From Escherichia coli (GTDB lineage Bacteria > Pseudomonadota > Gammaproteobacteria > Enterobacterales > Enterobacteriaceae), in NCBI GenBank assembly GCA_025336725.1, contig GCA_025336725.1_3647.1: DNA of 64,000 nucleotides; one strand, written 5' to 3'. The stretch's first letter is position 1; every line of letters starts with the position of its first letter. This document shows, one piece after another, positions 37,592 through 47,256 of this stretch. A program made the position numbers and the translations under genes. The notes under the pieces were generated by a model. The model did no database searches, was not told the origin of the DNA, and saw only the letters and a program-made list of their open reading frames with translations.

Positions 37592-38144
37592 TTAGTCGTG
37601 AGACTCGTTCCAAGGTCCCTGGAAGCTTGAGTTAGAACGGCTTACCACAACAGTAGGACAGGATATTGCGACCCCTGTTACAGAAGACGTTGACCATGGT
37701 GTGTAGATTTCAACAACAATATCTATGGTTTGTTCACCAAGACCTGTTATCCCTACCGCACACATGCCGTTGTTGTCGTTTCCGTATTTCTTACCTGCAA
37801 GGATTTGATGTCCGGCTATCCAAACGTTGAGCTGGGGTTTCGGCAAGAGTAGCCATTCAGTTTAAAGAAGAATGTTACGTTCTTACCCTGACCTGAAACG
37901 TTATCTACGTATCTCCACCTCCAACGGCAAACCCTTTGCTTGGGAGTTATATACTGGAGCACAATCCCCGTAAGTCCCTGTGTGTGCAACAATTGCACCG
38001 AACTGGTTAGCACGGATAACAGAAGCTTCTACACGACCACGGAAGGTATCTCCGGTTGCATCTATGGTGCCTCTAAAGCTACCATTATTGGCATAAATAT
38101 CCCCACGGAAGGTACCACTAGTGGCGTTAACTGCCCCCGTGAAG
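37592..38144 (-). pseudogene. frameshifted 3' continuation of lambda J-like gene (receptor-binding region in three frames)
   Basis: After stop at 38145 a -1 frame encodes ..GNFTGAVNATSGTFRGDIYANNGSFRGTIDATGDTFRG.. (lambda J C-terminal-like), then two more frame changes (ORFs 37816..38013, 37592..37846). Confidence 0.5.
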
Positions 38145-41100
38145 TTACCAGAACTGGCGTTGAGCGTTGCCTTTCACCCACACATCCATAAATTGGGGCG
38201 TGCCCGTTCTTGTTAATATACCAACCGTATTTATGGTACTTCCGTTGCCATCGTAGTTGTTTGACGAAATCTCCTGTGCAATCTTGGCTGAAGAGATCGT
38301 GCCATTTTCTATGAAGGCATCTTTCAAGAACGCTTGGTTGTTCTTGATTGCGAAAGCAAGGGTTGCTGTTCCGTTTCCAGGGTTATATACCGCAAAATTG
38401 TTTGCACTAACCATAAAGTAGGATTGAACTTGGCCCCCAGACCCTTCCATCCCCAACTGGATACCTGCAACATATTTATTCCCTGCGGAGTCCACCTGTA
38501 TTTTTGTGCCCCACTGAGCGTTTACTTTACCCTCTAAGTCGGTTACAGCCTTAGATGTTGTAGCTACTGCAGCCCTGATCTCGGACACATCTCCAACATC
38601 ATCAATGATCTCCTGCTTAGCAACAGCAAGTTCTTGACGAATAGCTGACGCTGTTCCGTTAATCAGGTCAACAGTGGCCTGATTAGTTTCAGAAATATTT
38701 GCAGACAAATCTTTCTTAGCTTGGGTAAGCTTATTATCCAACCCCGTAATATTGTTGGTGTTGGTTGTAATCTGCCCTTTAGCAGAGGTTAATTGTTCAG
38801 ATAAGGCTGCAGTTTTCTGATTCAGCAGGTCCGTTGTGGCCTTGTTGGTGGTAGAGATCAATGTATTGAGATCAGATTTAGTGGTGTTGATCTTGCCATC
38901 TAGAGTGGTGTAGTTTTTAGATACCGTGGCGTTAGTCTGGCTAATCTTCTGGTCAAGAGTCTGAGAAGTTCTATTCAGCAAATCCACAGTGGCCTGATTG
39001 GTGCTCAGAATGCTTGCATCCAGCTCAGATCTCTGAGTATTCAACTTACCTTCCAGGCTCTTATCTCCAGCCAGATATCCTTTTTCAACATCACCGATCT
39101 GCTCGGTTAGCTCACCTTGTGCAGCAACCAGTTTTTCATCCAACGCATCTGTTTTCTTGTTAAGAAGATCAGTGGTGGATTTGTTGGTTGTCTCAATCAA
39201 CGACGACAGTTTGGCACTCTCATTATTCAAGTTGTTGGTCAACTCACCTTTCGTTGCCGTCAGCTTATTGTCCAGTGCCTCGGTTTTCCGATTAAGGAGA
39301 TCTGTAGTCGTCTTATTGGTTGATACAATCAGAGAGTTCAGCTCAGAGCTTTCCTGTGCTAAAGCATCTTCCAACTCCCCCCTTGTTGAAACAATCTTCT
39401 CGTCCAAAGCTTCAGTTTTCTGATTTAGCAGATCGGTTGTAGCTTTGTTAGTGGTCTGGATTAGAGAAGTCAGCTTGCCACTTTCTTTAGAAAGATCATC
39501 TGCAAACTTGTTCTGAGTGGCTACCAGTTTCTGGTCTAGAGTGGTAAGCGTTCCATTAACGTCCTGGAAGTTGTCGTGGGTTTCTTGGATGAATATTCCA
39601 ACCCTATCCCCCAACTGAGCATACAGCTTGTCTACTCTAGAGAACTCACCTTCCATGTGGTCAAAAGCCTCGTCAACTCTACCATCCATGTACCTGTTAA
39701 GTTCTGTGACACGATTTTCAACCTCTTCAATAGAGGAATCCAAAGTGCTCATCAACTCTTTATAAGTTTCTGTCTTTTTGAATTCAGCATCTATCTGAGG
39801 CATCAAATCCTCGATAGAGGTGTAGCAGCGTGCAGCGCATTCTACAAACTGAGAGCTACCAAAAGCGTTTGTGGTTCGAATATACCAATAATAAACCTTA
39901 TCGTTCTGCAGGCCTTCAGATGTCCAAGTTGAACCAACACCCATACGGGTGGCGTTTGAAGTAACGGTTGCATCGCTGGTGTCGGGCAACCTTGTCATAC
40001 CAGATGTCCAAAAGTCATACTGGGTGCTTACACTTGCTAAATCCCTGCTGTGTGGAATCAAGGTGATAGCAAAGTATCCCTGCTTAACCTCTACAGAAAC
40101 AGGAGCTTCAGGTGCCTGAATGTTAAACTCGCAGTACGCTTCTGGAGATACACCACCTTTATAAGATGTTGCAACCACGGTTGCTGTGTATGATCCTTTG
40201 GTCAAGCCTTCTACTCGGACAAACTGCTCAACTGTCTGTGCTGTCCAAACAATCTCTCCGTTCTTTCTTACCTGCACAATATTTTGAGCGTAAGTTCCAA
40301 CGTTGTCCCAAGCCAAAACACCGTGAGTTACTTCCCCGGCTTGGAGAACGGAATACCTGAAGTTTTGCGGTTGAGCTACACCAGATGGAGATATCGGAAT
40401 ATCTACATTACCAGAGTCCGGAAGTTGTCCTGTGGCATCATTCCACTCTTTAGCATCTTGACGGAGTTTTACCTTGACACCACCCTTTTTAGTAAACTCC
40501 CATTCAAGAACCCTCATTTCTTGGCCCACTATACCAATACTTGGGAGGTTCATTGTAACGTAACGACCAGGTTTAAATTTAAAACCTCGCATATTGCAGG
40601 TGACTTCAATAATCCTGCCAGCTCTAGCGCGTCTTAAGAAGATTGCAGAAACACGCTGGGCTTGATAAGGGCTGGTAACAAAGCGATAGTCTATATCGAT
40701 TATCTTTCTTTCTCCATCCTTCTCTATCCACTCTGGGACAAACACTGATGGAAAATCTGTTTCAGAATATCCTTTGGTCGGGCTAGTGAATCTGCCAGTT
40801 ATTGTGTTGGATCTTTTGTCAAACGAGGCTTCCGGATAGATCTTAACCTCACCACAGACACAGTCCTCACTCAGTGTCATTGTTGCAGGGCCATAGTATG
40901 CACCAACCAGCAAACCATACTTACCAGCAACATAACTAAGATCTGCACCACAGGCTTTCAGCATTTCTGCCATAATACTTGCTGGGGCCTCATCCATGTC
41001 GAACTCACCGTTAATTGTGTAACGTCGCTCACTGGTTCCGTCAGCGTTTTTTACCGCCTCGTCGCATATGTTGGCAGCCTCCTTGAAGGACTCCCAGTTG

Positions 41101-41744
41101 ATGGTCTCGTCAGGACATTTAAGGTACGTTCTTAAATAGTCTAGGATCACCAAGGCAGCGTTATTGGTATACACCTCTTTACTGATACGAGGATCATAGC
41201 ATTTTTTACCAACCTTGACGAGTGTGACGTTTGGCAACCCAAAAGGAAACTTGTTAGGGTCAAACTTGAAGCTGGCACGTAGCCAACTGATCCCTCTACC
41301 TATCATGTCTGGTGACCAAGATGGGCAGTGTGTCCCCATGAAAGGATCAGCTGTTTTTCTGTCGTTATGTAGCTCCCACGATACCAAATCTCCATACGAG
41401 GAAATAGGATTACCATCGATAAGTATATCTTCTATACCTTCCAGAGGGTGATTGGCAAGAACAATAGCACAATGAAGAGTTTTGTCTCTATCCTGCTCCA
41501 AAAACGCAAGCAATCCGGATGTGCGTGTCTTACCATACACTACAGAGCAAGGTGCAGCAGAAGATCTGAGAAGCTTTTGTCTATCTTGCTGACTTCTGTA
41601 AGATTTGTTGCCCTCAAAAATCTTATCCAGAGTTCTGGTGGTAACAGTGTTCAGGCTGTCAGCCAGAGCTGCCTTGGATGCGTTCCAGTCATAACTTGAA
41701 GATCTTGCAGAAGCAACGATGTTATCAATCATTGCAATTGGCAT
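38145..41744 (-). CDS. central tail fiber / host specificity protein, lambda gpJ-like
   Basis: 1199 aa; ..APEAPVSVEVKQGYFAITLIPH.. and ..NKYVAGIQLGMEGSGGQVQSYFMVSANNFAVYNPGNG.. match lambda J; internal coiled-coil repeats. Confidence 0.75.
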   Translation of the reverse strand: MPIAMIDNIVASARSSSYDWNASKAALADSLNTVTTRTLDKIFEGNKSYRSQQDRQKLLRSSAAPCSVVYGKTRTSGLLAFLEQDRDKTLHCAIVLANHPLEGIEDILIDGNPISSYGDLVSWELHNDRKTADPFMGTHCPSWSPDMIGRGISWLRASFKFDPNKFPFGLPNVTLVKVGKKCYDPRISKEVYTNNAALVILDYLRTYLKCPDETINWESFKEAANICDEAVKNADGTSERRYTINGEFDMDEAPASIMAEMLKACGADLSYVAGKYGLLVGAYYGPATMTLSEDCVCGEVKIYPEASFDKRSNTITGRFTSPTKGYSETDFPSVFVPEWIEKDGERKIIDIDYRFVTSPYQAQRVSAIFLRRARAGRIIEVTCNMRGFKFKPGRYVTMNLPSIGIVGQEMRVLEWEFTKKGGVKVKLRQDAKEWNDATGQLPDSGNVDIPISPSGVAQPQNFRYSVLQAGEVTHGVLAWDNVGTYAQNIVQVRKNGEIVWTAQTVEQFVRVEGLTKGSYTATVVATSYKGGVSPEAYCEFNIQAPEAPVSVEVKQGYFAITLIPHSRDLASVSTQYDFWTSGMTRLPDTSDATVTSNATRMGVGSTWTSEGLQNDKVYYWYIRTTNAFGSSQFVECAARCYTSIEDLMPQIDAEFKKTETYKELMSTLDSSIEEVENRVTELNRYMDGRVDEAFDHMEGEFSRVDKLYAQLGDRVGIFIQETHDNFQDVNGTLTTLDQKLVATQNKFADDLSKESGKLTSLIQTTNKATTDLLNQKTEALDEKIVSTRGELEDALAQESSELNSLIVSTNKTTTDLLNRKTEALDNKLTATKGELTNNLNNESAKLSSLIETTNKSTTDLLNKKTDALDEKLVAAQGELTEQIGDVEKGYLAGDKSLEGKLNTQRSELDASILSTNQATVDLLNRTSQTLDQKISQTNATVSKNYTTLDGKINTTKSDLNTLISTTNKATTDLLNQKTAALSEQLTSAKGQITTNTNNITGLDNKLTQAKKDLSANISETNQATVDLINGTASAIRQELAVAKQEIIDDVGDVSEIRAAVATTSKAVTDLEGKVNAQWGTKIQVDSAGNKYVAGIQLGMEGSGGQVQSYFMVSANNFAVYNPGNGTATLAFAIKNNQAFLKDAFIENGTISSAKIAQEISSNNYDGNGSTINTVGILTRTGTPQFMDVWVKGNAQRQFW
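38640..39500 (-). repeat. tandem ~130-nt coding repeats inside J-like gene
   Basis: About 6 repeats of ..SxLxSLIxTTNKxTTDLLNxKTxALDxKLxxxxGELT..; boundaries approximate. Confidence 0.5.
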
Positions 41745-42181
41745 TAATACCTCCAGACATCAACAACGATAGAATCTTTCATGTCGAACATAAAGACCCC
41801 TTTATCACCTTTCGCCCAAATCTGGTTGTTCCAGAACACACCAGCGGTGAGCCCGTTCAGACCTTCGAAAATAACAATATCTCCACGCTGAACCTGCTTA
41901 GGAGTGTCCAGTCGAGTCATAAAGAAATCAAAAATAGTAGGCAGGTGTGTAGTTTTGAAACGAAGCATGCACCATCTTTTGCTTTCCAACTCTGTTTTAT
42001 ACGTCCCTTCGAAGTTAGAAAGAAAATCTGTTCCGTATTGGGCATCAACACACTTAGCTGCAAAGGTGCAACAATCGTGGAATCCCCATTCAAAAGGTAT
42101 GGTGGCCTCCTCGTCAAACACTTTCCACAATCTTTCTTGCCAATCCACTAAACGAGGGTGTGTGCTCATTAAACCTCCCAA
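41744..42181 (-). CDS. tail tip assembly protein, NlpC/P60-like (lambda gpK-like)
   Basis: 145 aa; candidate catalytic Cys in ..HDCCTFAAKC..; immediately upstream of J-like gene. Confidence 0.5.
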   Translation of the reverse strand: MGGLMSTHPRLVDWQERLWKVFDEEATIPFEWGFHDCCTFAAKCVDAQYGTDFLSNFEGTYKTELESKRWCMLRFKTTHLPTIFDFFMTRLDTPKQVQRGDIVIFEGLNGLTAGVFWNNQIWAKGDKGVFMFDMKDSIVVDVWRY

Positions 42182-42735
42182 ATGATCGGGCGGCTCGCCA
42201 CCTGATCCACATATTTAAAAAATCTGTCGTTATCGTTTCTTGAGCTGTGGCTTTCCTCCGTGTACCGATAAGGAAAACCTCTTAACCAGCTGTTGAAGAT
42301 GGAAGAGATGGATATGGACAAAGCGCTATTCTCTCCTGTCTGAATAGCCATATCTGTTATAAGGCCGTCAAACAAGCCATTAGTTGTGACAGGCAGACCA
42401 TTCTCCATAGCGGTAATGTACAACGTGGCACGACAACCAGAATACTCCGTCTTCAGCAGATCACCCACATACTTAGGATCAAACCCGTTTAATGTTGCTA
42501 CCACAGATCCGAAGTTGGTGGCATCTTTCTCAGACACAGCAGTTAATGTTGCTGATCCACCTATCCCTATAAAATGTTGCCCCTCAATTACTACAACACC
42601 AGTGCCTGAGCACACCCTAACAGTTCCTGTCGGTAGCTCCAGCTTTGCAGCAATTAAGATCTCAACACCATCAAGCTCCAGCTTTTCAAGAAATAAATTA
42701 TCTAATGGCGCTCTGATCATCTTAGAAATCCTCAA
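42169..42735 (-). CDS. minor tail protein (lambda gpL-like, tentative)
   Basis: 188 aa; position between M-like and K-like genes. Confidence 0.35.
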   Translation of the reverse strand: MRISKMIRAPLDNLFLEKLELDGVEILIAAKLELPTGTVRVCSGTGVVVIEGQHFIGIGGSATLTAVSEKDATNFGSVVATLNGFDPKYVGDLLKTEYSGCRATLYITAMENGLPVTTNGLFDGLITDMAIQTGENSALSISISSIFNSWLRGFPYRYTEESHSSRNDNDRFFKYVDQVASRPIIWEV

Positions 42736-43312
42736 AGAAGTTGATAACTATATTATCACCTTTTTGCATAGCATCGACTTTTTGCTTAATTTTATAAATA
42801 TCTCTGATATGAAACCTACCCTTCGGGGATTGAGTTATTATCTTCATAGTGTCCCCTGCGGCAATAGGTTTTCTAAGTCTTGGAGATATGCTTATAACAG
42901 CAGACCCAACACCATCGCTACGCACTGGAGCTGTTACCACTTTCAATTCATCATTGACAGATATTTTATCCCCAGCTCTGGCTATGTCTCTGTTTGGCTC
43001 CCACCCAACCGTCCTCAAAAAATCATCGTTACCAGTAGGCCCAAGGGCGATTGGCTCATTAGCTGTTACTGAGTGACCGTAAGTTTTAATAAGAAAGATG
43101 TTTCCATCTTTATACACCTGATCAACAAAGCTCTTAAGCTCTAGCAACTGTGACTCGCTGATATTGGAAACCGTCAAAGTGCCTTTCCAGTTAGGTGTGG
43201 CATAGGTTACTTTTTGCGTTTTACCTGTAAACGGACTTTTAAACGTAACAATATCTGCCAGTAGCTCCAATCTAATATCTGGAAGGTATCTAGGCCTTTC
43301 CCATAAAAACAT
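42722..43312 (-). CDS. minor tail protein (lambda gpM-like N-terminal region, tentative)
   Basis: 196 aa; ..GTLTVSNISESQLLELKSFVDQ.. resembles lambda gpM ..YSVTLSVPREEATVLESFLEEHG.. Confidence 0.35.
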   Translation of the reverse strand: MFLWERPRYLPDIRLELLADIVTFKSPFTGKTQKVTYATPNWKGTLTVSNISESQLLELKSFVDQVYKDGNIFLIKTYGHSVTANEPIALGPTGNDDFLRTVGWEPNRDIARAGDKISVNDELKVVTAPVRSDGVGSAVISISPRLRKPIAAGDTMKIITQSPKGRFHIRDIYKIKQKVDAMQKGDNIVINFFEDF

Positions 43313-43373
43313 TGTGCCTCCAGGTTAAACAATCATGATAGTTATTTTACCAGATTTTGAGTTAATACGCAAT

Positions 43374-43403
43374 ACAAACAAAAAGCCCCCGCCGAAGCGA
43401 GGG
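43374..43403 (-). terminator. rho-independent terminator
   Basis: Minus strand GCCCTCGC-TTCG-GCGGGGGC followed by TTTTTGTTTG, just downstream of fiber gene stop. Confidence 0.6.
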
Positions 43404-43411
43404 CAAAACAG

Positions 43412-46400
43412 TTACTTCAGTTTCTCTTGCAACCCAGTAACAACCTCTGTCAATTTTTTAACCTGCTCCTCAAGGGCGGTTATTTTATCATCCTGTTCCC
43501 TGCAAACCTGGACAAGCAAGCCTGTAACAGCTGCGTAGTCAACGTTATAGAACCTTTCCTCGGTCATCAGAGGAATACCGTCTTGAGTAGGACCTTCTAT
43601 TTCCTTCCTTTTCACGAAAGACCCTACTGCCTCTGGCAATGCTTCCATAACCTCTTGAGCAATCACGCCTGCATAAGGCATACCATTCTCTTTCAAGGTG
43701 TAGGTATAGCCTTTCATCTTTCTAATTGCTTCCAGAGCGTTAGGTATGACCTCTATATTATCCTTCAGGTCACGGTCAGAACTTTGACTAACAGTGGTGC
43801 ACTCTACCGTGCCGTTGACAGCAAAATATCTTGATTTAGCCTCATCTGCCTTAGCTCCACAGTGGAATACCCAGCTGGCGGCTGTTGAGTTATCACTTAT
43901 CTGAAGCTCCAGCACACTCTTCCTATCCGCGCCATTACCCCAATAGAATAATCTAGCATTATCAGCAGGTAGGTTACCGTTGTTGCTGGGATCTTCAGAA
44001 CCACCAACATGAATGCATAGCTCTTTATCTGTTTCATCAACATTTCGATTCGGGCGTAACTGGATAGCTTTACCAGAATCATGCCGCCAAACTTCCCACA
44101 TATAAGTGGAGCCAGTTCTATCCATGTTACCAACACGCGTGTATCTGTCACCAAAACGTGTGATGTACTCCTGTACGCATCCTTTCGGATTGTTTGCATT
44201 GTTCTGGTAAACAATCAGAGTACCAGCGTACGGTGCTGGGTAATGTCTTTCAGATGTCGAGTTGGCATCAAGATGTTGGTGATAGATGCCCTCACAAGTA
44301 CCATCGTAAGTGTTTAGGTCTGTAGATTCAAGACCTGCACCTCTGTGTGAGAAGATCTTGTTCCACGGTCTGTGAGCACCACCCTCAATAGATCTGGTAT
44401 ACAACCTATCAAGGCGACCAGCTATCTGGAAAGCATAATTCCCAGAAAATGCCACAGACAGACCGCCAACAACCATCGAACCTTCCGGCCCGTTGACATT
44501 GCCAGCCATTATCTTGGAGGGGTTTGTATTACCAAACTGATTGTTCCAGTCAGCACCTGTCTGGCAAACATAGCCTCCCGGAGGGAAAAATGTGCCGTCT
44601 TTGTTGAAATTGTAGAACTTATGAGCTGTACCTACAACATCGCGAACGATAACTTGACCAGCTTCCGGAGTAGATCTGAACTCTGCCTGGCCTTGCAGTC
44701 TTGCACCATTACCACATTTAGAGGTAAAGGTGTTGTTGATCAGATCCTCTGTTCCTTCCGATGCAGCCTGGAACCCTGCATTAGAGAACAGTGCTTTTCG
44801 AGTAGTCTGACTACCTGGGCAGATGTAGTTAAGACCGTTGCACCATAACTCTGTCAGGCCAAACTCTGTTTTATTGGACAGGAAATATCTGTCAGAAGAC
44901 CCACGATACATCCACTGATTGGTGTAGAAACCTGTTACACCATTAAATTCAGCCAGAGGTCGAGTGTTTGTTACATTGTCACCTTTGATTGCTAGATTCA
45001 AGTCAGCAGATGCTAGAGGTGCACAGAATTTAACACCGTCTTGGTTGTTTGTTACATTGCCAACCTGCCAGTCTTCCTCTCTTGTTGACACCTCTATTAC
45101 GTCAGCGCTGGCATACACTGTTACAGGGAAGGCACGTGCCTCCACATAGAACGCAACATACTCTTGTTTACCCCTTGTTGGAGCAACGCACCCAAGTATC
45201 GCCTTCTCATTCTGGTAGAAATTTATCGACCCGGTAAAGAAGTCACCACGATCAGTCCAGCCACCAGTTCTGTAGTGGCACTGCAGTGTAGCACAGTTCA
45301 TAGGATCGTTGCCAGAAGAAGATCTGGTAACGATGGTTAAATCTGTCCCGATTGTTGGCGCATGGTTAGGATCGGTTCTGACAATAATCGGATAATACTT
45401 GCCATCCTGCATCGCTGCAGTTCTAGGCAGGTTTATATATGGTCTGACACCTGCTGCAAGAGGGATTCTGAATTGTGCCTGGGCATCTCCCACAGTCCTA
45501 GCACTGGTGCCACCGCAACCTATCGGCAAAGGTTCCCATTTAGCCTTGCGGTTGTTATAAACACCCCATTCCAGAGTACCATTACCGGATTCATCCATCC
45601 CTCCATCCCAGATTACCATTTTTGCGGCTTTCTTGGATCCCCAGAACCCTCTTTCTGCTCCTGAACTACGGATCCATTCTCCAAGACCCCAGTTTGTCAG
45701 CTGACCAGTAAGATCCCCAACCTGCATGTATTTAGGGCAGTCTAACACGCCATCTTCGCGGAAACCTAAATATCTATGAGTTTCAGATCCTTTTGCGCCT
45801 TTGTGCAGGTGGAGTGTCAACCAAGCCTTATTGTCGTTTCTTACCTCAGAGTAGATCCTATACCCATGCTCAAGGACACCGTCAGCGCTGTATTTGTCCC
45901 CGTTAACAATACCTGATGCTGACTTAACATCTCCAGAGTATTGAGCTAAGTAAAGGTGCCCGAAGGCTGGTGAGTTGTTTTTACCAAGGCCGATATGAGA
46001 TCTGAAGGTATCATCGTTACGAGGTCTGACCATCGGCTGCCATGCAGTCCACTGATTTGTGTTGGCCTGATAGGTTCTCAAATACCAAACATCTACGTTA
46101 GAGAATGGATAGTATTCCTGACGACAACCTGTACCGCCGTTAGCGTTGTTCTGCCAAACAATCAAGTGACCAGCACCAGAACCTGCAGGGTAACCATTTG
46201 CCTCAGTTGCATAAGCAGTCATCGGCTGGTAGTATATACCATCCTGATTACCAGTCAAGTTATTGATATTGAAATTTGGCTCAAGGGCTGCACGTTGCTT
46301 ATAGAAAGCACCGATATTGGTACGGATTCCAGCGGCATCTCTAGCCCCTGTGCCGCCCTGCTCTATAGCAAGAGGCTGCCAAGAAGCTGTTTGTTGGTTC

Positions 46401-47221
46401 CACATACCCCAACGGCCTGTTGCATCAAGCTGCAAGTACCCTGCCGTGTTTAAATCATCTCCAGCACGGATAACTGTTCTTGTTGGGTTGTTTGCCTCCA
46501 GGCGTTTAAATTCGTCACGAAGTGCTATTCTTTTTGTTGTTGCTACACCGTTGGTTACTGCAATGGTATACATGGCTCCAGAGGTAGCGCCACGGAAAAT
46601 GCCATCAACAGTTGTAGTATCACGACGAGATACCACACCGTTCAGAAATTTTTCACCAGCCGCTTCAGAAGGGTAATTAGTAGTTCTTCCCTCTTCAATA
46701 ACTGCAGGACCAACAAAGTTGACAAGGTGAATAACATCGCCTACAGTATGCACTGTGCCAAAATCTACCCGCTGTGCAAGTGCTTTAGCATCGTTGGCTG
46801 TCTGAACAGTAACATCCATTACATCCTGGACAGACTGCCCTTCGGCTGTCATGATCATAGATGCGCCAATGGTAGACTCCAGCTCCTCCCTTAAGGACGG
46901 ATCTGTATATACCATCCACGCAGCGTCAGTAATCCCACCGTCAGAATATGGTGAAGACAGTGCAGGGACAGTGTGTGGAAATTCGCCTTTCCAACGCAGG
47001 TATAGATCTTCCTCTTCGAAGTAGGCAAAATCCATTGGGCCGTTTAACTTACCACCTTCCTTAAAGGAGATTACATGAGAAACAGTCCCATCCACATGGA
47101 CAACATCGCCAATTTTTACACGACGGGTCAGGTCTGGTTGTTGAACAACCAGGTAATCATCCTCTGTCACTGCGGTAGTGGCAGGAAGAGATTCAATTCT
47201 GACAACTTTAATATCAGCCAT
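43412..47221 (-). CDS. long tail fiber with C-terminal intramolecular chaperone (peptidase S74-like) domain
   Basis: 1269 aa; C-terminus ..SDRDLKDNIEVIPNALEAIRKMKGYTYTLKENGMPYAGVIAQEV..; N-terminal domain shared with ORF 49856..50524. Confidence 0.7.
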   Translation of the reverse strand: MADIKVVRIESLPATTAVTEDDYLVVQQPDLTRRVKIGDVVHVDGTVSHVISFKEGGKLNGPMDFAYFEEEDLYLRWKGEFPHTVPALSSPYSDGGITDAAWMVYTDPSLREELESTIGASMIMTAEGQSVQDVMDVTVQTANDAKALAQRVDFGTVHTVGDVIHLVNFVGPAVIEEGRTTNYPSEAAGEKFLNGVVSRRDTTTVDGIFRGATSGAMYTIAVTNGVATTKRIALRDEFKRLEANNPTRTVIRAGDDLNTAGYLQLDATGRWGMWNQQTASWQPLAIEQGGTGARDAAGIRTNIGAFYKQRAALEPNFNINNLTGNQDGIYYQPMTAYATEANGYPAGSGAGHLIVWQNNANGGTGCRQEYYPFSNVDVWYLRTYQANTNQWTAWQPMVRPRNDDTFRSHIGLGKNNSPAFGHLYLAQYSGDVKSASGIVNGDKYSADGVLEHGYRIYSEVRNDNKAWLTLHLHKGAKGSETHRYLGFREDGVLDCPKYMQVGDLTGQLTNWGLGEWIRSSGAERGFWGSKKAAKMVIWDGGMDESGNGTLEWGVYNNRKAKWEPLPIGCGGTSARTVGDAQAQFRIPLAAGVRPYINLPRTAAMQDGKYYPIIVRTDPNHAPTIGTDLTIVTRSSSGNDPMNCATLQCHYRTGGWTDRGDFFTGSINFYQNEKAILGCVAPTRGKQEYVAFYVEARAFPVTVYASADVIEVSTREEDWQVGNVTNNQDGVKFCAPLASADLNLAIKGDNVTNTRPLAEFNGVTGFYTNQWMYRGSSDRYFLSNKTEFGLTELWCNGLNYICPGSQTTRKALFSNAGFQAASEGTEDLINNTFTSKCGNGARLQGQAEFRSTPEAGQVIVRDVVGTAHKFYNFNKDGTFFPPGGYVCQTGADWNNQFGNTNPSKIMAGNVNGPEGSMVVGGLSVAFSGNYAFQIAGRLDRLYTRSIEGGAHRPWNKIFSHRGAGLESTDLNTYDGTCEGIYHQHLDANSTSERHYPAPYAGTLIVYQNNANNPKGCVQEYITRFGDRYTRVGNMDRTGSTYMWEVWRHDSGKAIQLRPNRNVDETDKELCIHVGGSEDPSNNGNLPADNARLFYWGNGADRKSVLELQISDNSTAASWVFHCGAKADEAKSRYFAVNGTVECTTVSQSSDRDLKDNIEVIPNALEAIRKMKGYTYTLKENGMPYAGVIAQEVMEALPEAVGSFVKRKEIEGPTQDGIPLMTEERFYNVDYAAVTGLLVQVCREQDDKITALEEQVKKLTEVVTGLQEKLK

Positions 47222-47256
47222 TCTTTCTCCTGAAAGGGGGCAAACAGCCCCCTATG

